Positions 9,825 through 17,761 of a stretch of 64,000 nucleotides of DNA are shown one piece after another. The stretch comes from Planctomycetota bacterium. GTDB lineage: Bacteria > Planctomycetota > Phycisphaerae > WQYP01. Each line of letters starts with the position of its first letter. The stretch's first letter is position 1. The notes under the pieces are model-generated. The model ran no database searches. It saw only the letters and a program-made list of their open reading frames with translations, and was not told where the DNA came from. Location of the stretch: the NCBI GenBank assembly GCA_021819825.1, contig JAKAEZ010000004.1, positions 34,756 to 98,755 of the forward strand, read 5' to 3'. The position numbers and the translations under genes are program-made.

Positions 9825-11759
9825 TCACGCTGCCAGTGATAAGCGGCGGCACTTGACGCACCCATCGTGACAAACACCCTCTTTCCTACAGGTAAAAACA
9901 GCCAAAATAACGCTATTTTTGGGGTGGGTCTCGATGAGTGGTTTGTATACAGATAGCGCATCGAGACCCACCTGCGGCGAAGACTTGCAGGCTTGGGCCA
10001 TCCAGGATGGCAGGGCAAAGGCGATTTCCACCTCGCGGGTCTCCAAGTCAACTTCCATCCGTTCAACCAGTAGCTCCAGCAATTTAGCAATTCCGGGTAT
10101 ATCCATGGGATCAAGCTTCTGGCCAAATTCTTGCAAATCGTTGGCTAATTTTTCAACCGAAGCCTTGGAATCACTGCATGGCTGTTGCTGATTGGTCTGG
10201 GCATACTTCACTCGCTGTTCCATGTCGCTTATTTTCCTCTTGATTTCGGCGACTTTGCGGCTTAATGCATCATCTTCGTTCTCTACATTGACATCATCCG
10301 ACAATAGGGCAAGTTGGTTTCGACAACGTTTCAGTTCCTTGCGATATTGCTCCGCATTCTGACTTTCAGGTTGTTGTTTTTGCTCATTGGCAAGTATCTG
10401 TTTTAACCCTTCCATGAGGTCTGGTTTGTTCAGAAGCGTGGCGCGAAGGATTTCCATAACGGCCTTCTCCAACGGCTCGGCGGCGATACGGTATCGGAGA
10501 AGGTCGTTGCTTTTTGGTACCGACTGGGCGCGTGAGACGGCATAATAGCGATACGTATGGCCTTTTTTGCCGCTCTGCCTGCCGGTCATCGGGTAATGCC
10601 CCTGCTTGCTGTGGAGTATGCGTTTGAGGAGATATTGACTTTGCAAGTGTCGATCACGCTGGGGATGAGGTGATTTCCCATCGGCGATGGAATCCAGATA
10701 CCGTTCAATTCTGGCCGTAGCTAATTCTCGCACTTCAGGTGGTAGATATTCCACCAATTGTGGTTGGGGCTTTTCAACCCATTGATCGCGTGTCCTACGC
10801 CGCTGCCGGGGCCGCCGACGATTGGCCAGCTCGGCCAAATCCACCTCGGATGGCATGGGTTGAGCTTCGCCGCCATTGAAGAAGATCCCTGTTTTTCGGC
10901 GATAGCGAATCCCTCGGCCTACATAGATGGGGTTCCGGAGAATGTGTTGTACCACACTGGTACTCCATTCCCGTCCAGAGGGAGATGCGATACCTGTATC
11001 GTTAAGATGTTTTGCAATTTGGTGAGGACTATTGTGTTGAACATCGTGAAGATGAAAAATCAGAACGACCACCGCCACCAACTTGGGGTCTCCAGGAATT
11101 AGCCGTACCTGCTCGCTTTTTTGTTTGAGGTAATGATTCGGAATTCCCCGGTGCGTGTTACGCCCGAACCGACGCATAAGCTCACCGGTCTTGGCATTCC
11201 ACTGCTCTTGCGTACCATCGGGTAGATTGCGTATGAAATGCTGATCTTCATTATTTTCGGAATACATGCGGTCTATTCCGAATGGGGGTTTCCGGCTATA
11301 GGGGGAACGACCTGCCAGAAAGCTATTGGTGGTGCCCGAGGTTGCACCATAGGCAATTCTTTTGACCGATTCCTTGGCGGCGCTGAAGAGAAAGGAGATG
11401 TACATTTCGGCCATCTCACTATCCACAAGGATGTTTTCAGCTAAAAAGTAGACCAAAATGCCTGCTGCGCGCAGATCATAAATGAGCTTTTGACCATGCC
11501 CTTGACCGGCACGGGTGAAACGTGTTGCATCCTGCACGACGAGCAGTTGGAAGTCATCGCGTGTTTTTTTCCGTTGGATGATTGTGTCAATATCTGTGCG
11601 GTTTCCGGGTATCGATCCCGTAACACCTTCCAATAACTCTTCATGAACGACATGAAGGGCGTTTTCCCGGATACAGTCCTCCGTGGTCAGCCCTTGGTTG
11701 GTGATACTGGTGGCGACCTGCGCAGAACTGCTGCACCGTTTCAGTACGACACAATGCAT
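9825..11759 (-). CDS. Large serine recombinase (resolvase/invertase domain + recombinase domain + coiled-coil C-terminus)
   Basis: The N-terminus MHCVVLKRCSSSAQ...DTIIQRKKTRDDFQLLVVQDATRFTRAG matches the serine-recombinase catalytic domain, followed by a long recombinase/zinc-ribbon/coiled-coil extension. I prefer the ATG at 11759, 4 nt after the stop of the upstream small ORF, over the track start at 11783. Confidence 0.85.
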   Translation of the reverse strand: MHCVVLKRCSSSAQVATSITNQGLTTEDCIRENALHVVHEELLEGVTGSIPGNRTDIDTIIQRKKTRDDFQLLVVQDATRFTRAGQGHGQKLIYDLRAAGILVYFLAENILVDSEMAEMYISFLFSAAKESVKRIAYGATSGTTNSFLAGRSPYSRKPPFGIDRMYSENNEDQHFIRNLPDGTQEQWNAKTGELMRRFGRNTHRGIPNHYLKQKSEQVRLIPGDPKLVAVVVLIFHLHDVQHNSPHQIAKHLNDTGIASPSGREWSTSVVQHILRNPIYVGRGIRYRRKTGIFFNGGEAQPMPSEVDLAELANRRRPRQRRRTRDQWVEKPQPQLVEYLPPEVRELATARIERYLDSIADGKSPHPQRDRHLQSQYLLKRILHSKQGHYPMTGRQSGKKGHTYRYYAVSRAQSVPKSNDLLRYRIAAEPLEKAVMEILRATLLNKPDLMEGLKQILANEQKQQPESQNAEQYRKELKRCRNQLALLSDDVNVENEDDALSRKVAEIKRKISDMEQRVKYAQTNQQQPCSDSKASVEKLANDLQEFGQKLDPMDIPGIAKLLELLVERMEVDLETREVEIAFALPSWMAQACKSSPQVGLDALSVYKPLIETHPKNSVILAVFTCRKEGVCHDGCVKCRRLSLAA

Positions 11760-11763
11760 GCCT

Positions 11764-11961
11764 TTAATCTTGGGTTGTATCATAAATGTGCTCCTCCTGG
11801 CTGATACGCTGGCGGCCCCATTCCGCCAGAAACCTATTGACAGCCATCGTGAATCGTCGTTCTTCCTCCTGCGTTTGAGGTCGAACGATGACTCTATATG
11901 CCCCTTTATTCCACATTTGAGGTGCCATATCCTTTATTTGATTTTTGCCTTGATCAGTCAT
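11764..11961 (-). CDS. Small hypothetical protein between the RadA paralog and the serine recombinase (possible directionality factor)
   Basis: 65-aa ORF packed 4 nt after the RadA-like stop and 4 nt before the recombinase ATG. No recognisable motif. Confidence 0.4.
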   Translation of the reverse strand: MTDQGKNQIKDMAPQMWNKGAYRVIVRPQTQEEERRFTMAVNRFLAEWGRQRISQEEHIYDTTQD

Positions 11962-11965
11962 GGGA

Positions 11966-13288
11966 TTACCTCAATTCGGGCCAGGTTAAAAACACTGCCT
12001 CTTCCAACGTGGTGCAAGGAACAACGCGAACGCTTTCCGATGCAGTAAATTCGGCTGCGGTTACGGGATGCAAGAACAGTGTCACCGGCGTGTCGATGTC
12101 ACCAGTGTCCAGCGCGGCCTTCAGCGCCTGACTGATGGCTGGCGCAATCGCCCGCACATTTCTAAACAGATCGATCTCGCCGATGTAGATATTGTTTTCC
12201 GGAACAGATCGCTGCAAATACGATCCGATCATGGCAATACACAGTGGCAATCCCAGAATCGGATTATATTGCGCGCTGCCGGGAAGGCGGCAGTTAATCG
12301 AATAATTCAACTCGCCAAAATCCATATCTTTCATCTGGCTGATGCAACTCACGAGTTGCTCAATTTCTTTTCGCGGCAGACCTGGCGCGGTCATCCTGCC
12401 GCGCAATCCATCACTGGGGACGGTGACGGAAGCTTGTAATTCTAATTCTCCCGTTCCCGCCCCGGCGTATGTCCTGGCCATCGCGGGCCGGGGTTCACAA
12501 TGCGGCGCTGGTTCCAGCCGAATAGTGACCGGATCGAAACGCAACGGCATCGGCTGGAGCAGGGGTGGGCCGTAACGATTTTTGCGTATCGCAAGCAAGG
12601 AGTATTGCATAGCCCGGCGCAATATTAAACTCGTGTCCACCGAATGTTCCAATGATTTAGGTCCGGCGAGATCACCGCGTTTTGTTTGGTGACATAATAA
12701 AAGAGTGGTAATGCCGTGTTCTTCGCACAGTCGTGCGAAATCTAAAACTTTCGCGTAGCTCTTGGTGGCGCTGGCAGCCAAGCCCTGGCCCTGAATACTG
12801 TCGAGGACGATGAGTTTCACACCGTGATATGCCCCTCCCGGCGAGAGCACCTGACGCATAAGAAAATCCGGAAGAGTCGTCACATCAAATACACTGTGAT
12901 CAACATGTACATCGGACAGTGAGCGGGCGATATCCAATGGCTTCCAATCGGAAGTCATCTGTTGTGCCCGACGCTTCATCTGCGCCGGGGCTTCTTCCGT
13001 TAGAATCGTCAGGCTAGGAATTCCCTGCTGTCCGAGATCCAGACATATTTGGGTAGCAAGACGCGATTTGCCACCGCCGGGTGAACCGGAAAGCAGATAC
13101 CGCGCCCCGGCCACAAACTCCCCGCCGATAGCGTCTTGAAAAAAGCCGAGGCTTTCGGACAGTGGAAGCTTATTCCGCGCATCAAACGCTGTTGACATCA
13201 GCGTATTTGCCGGTGCCGGGCGCATTGCCCCGGCGACAGCGAATGTGGAATGAGTGTTAGTGGTGACGAGTTGACTTTGATTCAACAT
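11966..13288 (-). CDS. RadA/Sms-like RecA-superfamily ATPase with Lon-like C-terminal domain, lacking the N-terminal zinc finger
   Basis: Walker A LLSGSPGGGKSRLATQ, the RadA-specific KNRFG-type motif IRKNRYGPP, and a Lon-protease-like C-terminal domain (LPGSAQYNPILGLPLCIAMIGSYL). There is no CxxC pair at the N-terminus. The ATG at 13288 is preceded by AAAGGAA; the track start is 13345. Confidence 0.75.
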   Translation of the reverse strand: MLNQSQLVTTNTHSTFAVAGAMRPAPANTLMSTAFDARNKLPLSESLGFFQDAIGGEFVAGARYLLSGSPGGGKSRLATQICLDLGQQGIPSLTILTEEAPAQMKRRAQQMTSDWKPLDIARSLSDVHVDHSVFDVTTLPDFLMRQVLSPGGAYHGVKLIVLDSIQGQGLAASATKSYAKVLDFARLCEEHGITTLLLCHQTKRGDLAGPKSLEHSVDTSLILRRAMQYSLLAIRKNRYGPPLLQPMPLRFDPVTIRLEPAPHCEPRPAMARTYAGAGTGELELQASVTVPSDGLRGRMTAPGLPRKEIEQLVSCISQMKDMDFGELNYSINCRLPGSAQYNPILGLPLCIAMIGSYLQRSVPENNIYIGEIDLFRNVRAIAPAISQALKAALDTGDIDTPVTLFLHPVTAAEFTASESVRVVPCTTLEEAVFLTWPELR

Positions 13289-13561
13289 GGGAGTTCCTTT
13301 CTTAAGAACATACAAACGCACTGTTTTAAAAAGCCCGCAGCGCAAAAAGGCCGATTATTTGCTCTAACCCATTGCTTTCCCCGGCGCGACTTTACTGCCG
13401 CCGAGGATCAATCATCTAGTCCACCAGCATCCCGTGCTCCGCAATGGACGCGCGGACCAAACCCCGTAATTCGCGTCCACAGCGGAGCATCAGAACCTCC
13501 TCCTCCCTCCTCGCTCTCATTTGTTGTGCAGCCCATAACGACTCAGCGCCGGGCAATTGCG

Positions 13562-13876
13562 TCATTCCACATCTTCATCCGGCCACATGAATGATCCATG
13601 CTCGGAAAACATTTCAAAAGCTTCAATTGCTGGCAAAGATACGCTACCAGTCTGACAGATACTTCGTGCCACGAGCGTGGCCTCCTCCTGTGGGAAGCCA
13701 AGCTGTGCCATCAACTCCACCTCCAGATCTTCAGGACTGAAGTTCACGTGAAATCCCTGAACGGCGAACGAAAGAGCCTCATCTCCCGGCGCTTCATCCA
13801 CGATAACCCGGAGAGTGTGAACCGGCTGCTGCGCCGCTCCGGCGTTATTGTTGGCTATTGGGTCATTTGTACTCAT
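13562..13876 (-). CDS. Small, strongly acidic hypothetical protein
   Basis: 104-aa ORF with 18 Asp/Glu against 2 Arg/Lys by my count. No known motif. It lies on the island. Confidence 0.45.
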   Translation of the reverse strand: MSTNDPIANNNAGAAQQPVHTLRVIVDEAPGDEALSFAVQGFHVNFSPEDLEVELMAQLGFPQEEATLVARSICQTGSVSLPAIEAFEMFSEHGSFMWPDEDVE

Positions 13877-13932
13877 TGTGTTTTCCCTTCAAAAAAAACG
13901 AAACATATCTAATAATCCGACCAAAAAAGGTT

Positions 13933-14063
13933 TCTAGATTTCCAGTCGTCCGACCCAGCCGCACATAAATAAAGATTCATTTTCGGAGTTTCTAGACTTC
14001 GAAAAGTGAATCAGTCAACATTGTACAATAAAATCTAGATAACTCAATATCTAGACTACTAGA
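13933..14063. promoter_or_regulatory. Cluster of TCTAGA-core motifs (candidate recombinase / excisionase / repressor binding sites)
   Basis: TCTAGA at 13933-13938, 13991-13996, 14034-14039 and 14050-14055, plus CTAGA at 14059-14063. An inverted pair, TCTAG-CTCG-CTAGA, lies at 14607-14620 between the xis-like and int genes. Confidence 0.4.
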
Positions 14064-14360
14064 TTATTGTATTATTGCAACATAGTTGCCAAACAAATCA
14101 CGCAGGTGTTTCCGAGGAGGTGCGCAAAAGCGTGGGTGGAGCAGGATGGTGCGCGTGCCGGTCACGGAAAAGCTCAACAATTTCGCTAATACGAACATAC
14201 TAATTAAGAACATAATAATTAATTTTTTCCAAAAAAATTGAAATACTTCCTTTACAATTTAAAAAACTTCTCCGAAAGACATGTCATGTATGTATCGGGA
14301 CCCCGGAGGCTCGCAATACGCGAAACAGGTCGATCCCGTCTATTTTGAGGAGTCCACTTT

Positions 14361-14579
14361 ATGCAAATACTTAAGAAACCGGCAGAAATTATTGAACAGA
14401 CTTATCCTGAAATTATGACCATTACTCAGGTGGCCCAGTATCTCGGTTGTTCGGAACGTAATTGCCATACCCTTGTCAAAAATGGAACACTTCCAAGTTT
14501 TCTCTTAGGGAATCTGCGTCGGTTTCGCCTTGAATCTGTTCGTGAAACACTGGCCCGACTGGAGAAAAATGCCAATTAG
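14361..14579 (+). CDS. Excisionase-family / MerR-like helix-turn-helix DNA-binding protein
   Basis: 72 aa. MTITQVAQYLGCSERNCHTLVKNGTLPSFLLGNLRRFRLESV is the typical excisionase/AlpA-type HTH. It lies immediately upstream of the integrase. Confidence 0.75.
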   Translation: MQILKKPAEIIEQTYPEIMTITQVAQYLGCSERNCHTLVKNGTLPSFLLGNLRRFRLESVRETLARLEKNAN

Positions 14580-14673
14580 CAGGTCTAATCTTTGTGTCGA
14601 TACATATCTAGCTCGCTAGATTCAAAGTGAACACTATAATGAGGTCGCTAATTAATACTATTATCGAGGAGAA

Positions 14674-15966
14674 ATGATGGCAACGCTATTTACTGAACAA
14701 TCTGGTTCAAAACGAATTCAATTTCAATTCAATGGTCAACGCAAGTCTCTACGCCTTGGAAAAGTGACCCAACGACAAGCGGAATCGGTACGGGTCAAAA
14801 TTGATGGCATGGTGGCGGCAAAACAAGCCAATTTTCCGATAGACGGGGAAACGTCTACCTGGCTGGCCCAGTTGACTGATGAGTTTCACGCCAAAGTGGC
14901 AGAAACGGGATTAATTCCAGCCAAAGGGAATAGCGCGTTGGGGCCATTTCTGGAACGGTACATCGCATCGCGCACCGATATTAAGACAACTACACTGCGG
15001 TGGTACACCGATGCGAAGGCCGATCTAATAGCGAGTATCGGAGCGTCGAAGCGTATGCCAGATATTACCCCAGTGGACGCGGATGGGATACGACTATACT
15101 TGGAGAGAAAAGGGTTAGGCCCCAACACCGTCCGCCGAAGAATTGGAATATGTCGCCAAATATTTAATGCAGCCAAGCGATACAAACTTATTCAAGATAA
15201 TCCGTTTGCGGGGATGGCCACGGAGGTGCGGAGCAACCCCGATAAATTCCGTTATGTAACCCAAGAAGAAACCAAATCCATACTTGAGCATTGCCCCGAT
15301 GCAACTTGGAAAGCCATTGTCTGTCTGGTGCGTTTTGGCGGCCTGCGATGCCCCAGTGAAGTCTTATCTCTACAATGGGGTCATGTGAACTGGGAAGATT
15401 CACGCCTCACAGTGCCATCGCCCAAGACAGCCCACCATGAGGGTAAATCAAGTCGGGTTATTCCCTTGTTTCCTGAATTACAAAGGGCGCTGACGGAGGC
15501 GCTTGAGGAAGCCCTCCCCGGAGAACAGTATATTATTCAACGATACCGCAGCAACACCGTTAATTTGAGGACGCACTTTGAGCGAATCATCGCCAAGGCA
15601 GGTGTGGCACCATGGCCGAAGCTTTTTGTAAATCTGCGAAGCAGCAGGGAAACGGAACTGATAAAAGATTTTCCGATTCATACCGTAACAGCTTGGCTGG
15701 GTAACAGCCCTCGCATTGCCATGAAGCATTACCTGCAGGTCACGGAAGATGACTACGCCAAGGCCATCGGCATCTCCAATCAACCTGTGGTGCAAAATCC
15801 GGTGCAGCAAGCGCCTGAAATACCCCATAAGGAAGTGATTTGGCAACCGCCGGAAGAGGCAAATGCCTCCCATTGCGGGGATTTGCAGCCATATTCACAT
15901 AATAACATATCTAAATATGCTCGGGACAGGAATCGAACCTGCACTCCTTTCGGAACCGGAACCTAA
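14674..15966 (+). CDS. Tyrosine site-specific recombinase (phage-type integrase)
   Basis: Core-binding domain followed by a catalytic domain with ..GGLRCPSEVLSLQW.., ..LRSSRETELIK.. and ..HTVTAWLGNSPRIAMKHYLQ (catalytic Tyr region). The last ~50 nt of the ORF run into the tRNA-Leu gene on the opposite strand. Confidence 0.9.
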   Translation: MMATLFTEQSGSKRIQFQFNGQRKSLRLGKVTQRQAESVRVKIDGMVAAKQANFPIDGETSTWLAQLTDEFHAKVAETGLIPAKGNSALGPFLERYIASRTDIKTTTLRWYTDAKADLIASIGASKRMPDITPVDADGIRLYLERKGLGPNTVRRRIGICRQIFNAAKRYKLIQDNPFAGMATEVRSNPDKFRYVTQEETKSILEHCPDATWKAIVCLVRFGGLRCPSEVLSLQWGHVNWEDSRLTVPSPKTAHHEGKSSRVIPLFPELQRALTEALEEALPGEQYIIQRYRSNTVNLRTHFERIIAKAGVAPWPKLFVNLRSSRETELIKDFPIHTVTAWLGNSPRIAMKHYLQVTEDDYAKAIGISNQPVVQNPVQQAPEIPHKEVIWQPPEEANASHCGDLQPYSHNNISKYARDRNRTCTPFGTGT

Positions 15967-15998
15967 ATCCGGCGCGTCTGCCAATTCCGCCACCCGAG
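15917..15998 (-). tRNA. tRNA-Leu (anticodon UAG), type II with long variable arm
   Basis: Reverse complement is GCTCGGGTGGCGGAATTGGCAGACGCGCCGGATTTAGGTTCCGGTTCCGAAAGGAGTGCAGGTTCGATTCCTGTCCCGAGCA. It folds with a 7-bp acceptor stem, a GGCGGAATTGG D-arm typical of Leu, anticodon stem CCGGA/TCCGG with loop TTTAGGT, variable arm TCC-GAAA-GGA, and T-loop TTCGATT. No CCA is encoded. Confidence 0.93.
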
Positions 15999-16044
15999 CG
16001 GGCAATGCACCATTTTAACATAGCCCCTGCGTCTTGGCACACGC

Positions 16045-16119
16045 GTTGACAACACGTGTTGACGGACCCCATGTATTGACAGACCCCACGCCGACAGTTA
16101 TACCTAACATATACCTAAC
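16045..16119 (+). promoter_or_regulatory. imuB upstream control region: palindrome, direct repeats and a sigma70-like promoter
   Basis: Perfect 12-bp palindrome CAACACGTGTTG (16050-16061). Direct repeat TTGAC[G/A]GACCCCA at 16059-16071 and 16076-16088. TTGACA (16076-16081), 17 nt, then TATACC (16099-16104). Tandem TATACCTAAC at 16099-16108 and 16110-16119. AGAGGG ribosome-binding site before the ATG at 16134. Confidence 0.4.
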
Positions 16120-16133
16120 TTTTAGAGGGTTAT

Positions 16134-17711
16134 ATGAGTCTGTTTTTATGTGTTTATCTGCCCGATTGGGATATTCAGGCGATGCGGTTAAAACAACGGC
16201 GGGCTGAGGCACTCTTATCCGTTCGGACACCGCGGCCTCTGCTGTTGATTGTAGAGCAGGCACGGCAGGAAGTTGTGGGGCGATGTTGCGATATTTGTCG
16301 GCGGCGAGGTATTGTTCCCGGCATGGCGGTGGCGGAAGCACGGGCCTTGTTGCCCCGCGTGGAGATGATGCCTTTGGATGGCACGGCCGGTGCCCGGCTG
16401 CTGGAAAAGTTGGCGCGCTGGGCGTTGCGCTTTTCTCCTCTGGTAAGTATCGGAGAGCCGTTCCCGGATCATCAACTTCGCCCCGCAGCGGATTGTCTGT
16501 TGCTTAACATCACCGGAATGGAGCATCTGTTTAACGGGCCGCGCGCCTTAGCCCGGCGCATCACCGCCCTGCTGCGGCACAATGCATTAACCTGCCGCAC
16601 CGCTGTTGCCCCAACCCTCTCCAGTGCGGCAGCGCTGGCGCGTTATACGGAAACGCCTGCATTCATTGATGATCCTGCGGCTATTCCCGCCGCCGTGCGG
16701 AACTTTCCCCTGGCGGCATTACGCCTCAGTGCCGACACGCAGTCGGCCTTGCGCGAAACAGGCGTAACGCGCCTGGGGGAATTAATGGCCTTGTCGCGTG
16801 ATCAACTGGCGGTTCGCTTTCCACCAGAATTACTGCTGCGACTGGATCAACTGCTGGGGCACCGGATGGAATTGCCGCCCTTGATTACCTTGTCCAGTGT
16901 GCCAGAGGCCCAGTGGCGGGCGGATGGACCGGTGGAAAATCTGGAGGGGATTCTATTGGCGGCTCAAGCATTAACCGATCAGTTATCACAGGCATTAACG
17001 CAACGCAATCTGGGCACCACGCTGCTGACTATAGAAATGCAGGGGGAACATACGGGGACATCCACCGTCACGATTCATCTGGCCCAGGCGGTACGGCGCG
17101 CCGACCGGCTGTGGGCGGCCATCCGACCGCGGATTGAGCAACTGCGGCTCACCGGCGGCATTGAAGTTCTCACTGTCCGCGCGGAACAAACACATCTTCT
17201 CCCACCGGAGCAATTGCACGCTGATACCTGCACCGCCTGGCGCAGCAACCCCACCATGCCCCCCCTGGCGCCGGTGCTGGATATTTTGCAAACGCGACTG
17301 GCCGCCCGTTGCATCGGCATGGCTGCGGGGGGACAGTCGCATATTCCCGAGCAGGCTATGCGTCTGAACCAGCTCAATACAGGGCAGCGCACTACAGCGT
17401 TACCAGCCTCAAACGCGTCGCCCGATGGATTTGCCATCACTCCCCGGCCATCGCTGCTGCTGGCTCCGCCGCAACAGGCGCAGGTAATAACCGGAGGCCC
17501 TTCTAACACACCGGAGTATATTCAATGGCAGGGCCGCATTTACACCTGTCAGCAGGTGATCGGGCCGGAGCGTTTAACCACGCCCTGGTGGACAGGCACG
17601 CCACCGGTCACACGGGACTACTTTGCCGTGCTGGACCAGAATGGACAATGGCTGTGGGTATTTCATGAAGTGGAAACCGGGCAATGGCTGCTGCATGGAG
17701 TATGGGTATAG
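16134..17711 (+). CDS. imuB: ImuB, Y-family DNA polymerase-like protein of the imuB-dnaE2 mutagenesis cassette
   Basis: The N-terminus MSLFLCVYLPDWDIQA...RRRGIVPGMAVAEARALLP is typical of ImuB. It lies directly upstream of dnaE2. Confidence 0.8.
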   Translation: MSLFLCVYLPDWDIQAMRLKQRRAEALLSVRTPRPLLLIVEQARQEVVGRCCDICRRRGIVPGMAVAEARALLPRVEMMPLDGTAGARLLEKLARWALRFSPLVSIGEPFPDHQLRPAADCLLLNITGMEHLFNGPRALARRITALLRHNALTCRTAVAPTLSSAAALARYTETPAFIDDPAAIPAAVRNFPLAALRLSADTQSALRETGVTRLGELMALSRDQLAVRFPPELLLRLDQLLGHRMELPPLITLSSVPEAQWRADGPVENLEGILLAAQALTDQLSQALTQRNLGTTLLTIEMQGEHTGTSTVTIHLAQAVRRADRLWAAIRPRIEQLRLTGGIEVLTVRAEQTHLLPPEQLHADTCTAWRSNPTMPPLAPVLDILQTRLAARCIGMAAGGQSHIPEQAMRLNQLNTGQRTTALPASNASPDGFAITPRPSLLLAPPQQAQVITGGPSNTPEYIQWQGRIYTCQQVIGPERLTTPWWTGTPPVTRDYFAVLDQNGQWLWVFHEVETGQWLLHGVWV

Positions 17712-17761
17712 AAATATGGTAAATCCAAGATTTGAATTTGAACTTTGAGATATAAATCGGT

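Larger units (their letters stand above)
9825..15998. mobile_element. Integrative genomic island adjacent to tRNA-Leu (gene-content boundaries; distal att site not located)
   Basis: A tyrosine integrase abuts and overlaps the 3' half of the tRNA. The island also carries an excisionase-like HTH, a large serine recombinase, a RadA paralog, and AT-rich intergenic DNA with repeated TCTAGA motifs. The right boundary is the tRNA. The left boundary is only the last island-like gene. Confidence 0.55.

Noticed and set aside
9520-9825. Distal attachment site (a direct repeat of the tRNA-Leu 3' segment) expected at the left end of the island.
   Set aside because: Only a 6-nt match (GGGACA, about 9580) was seen, which is not significant. 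The left boundary therefore remains undefined and needs a computed repeat search.
16015-16341. 108-aa minus-strand ORF spanning the imuB promoter and 5' end.
   Set aside because: It overlaps the well-supported imuB start and the regulatory repeats, and it has no motif or ribosome-binding site.
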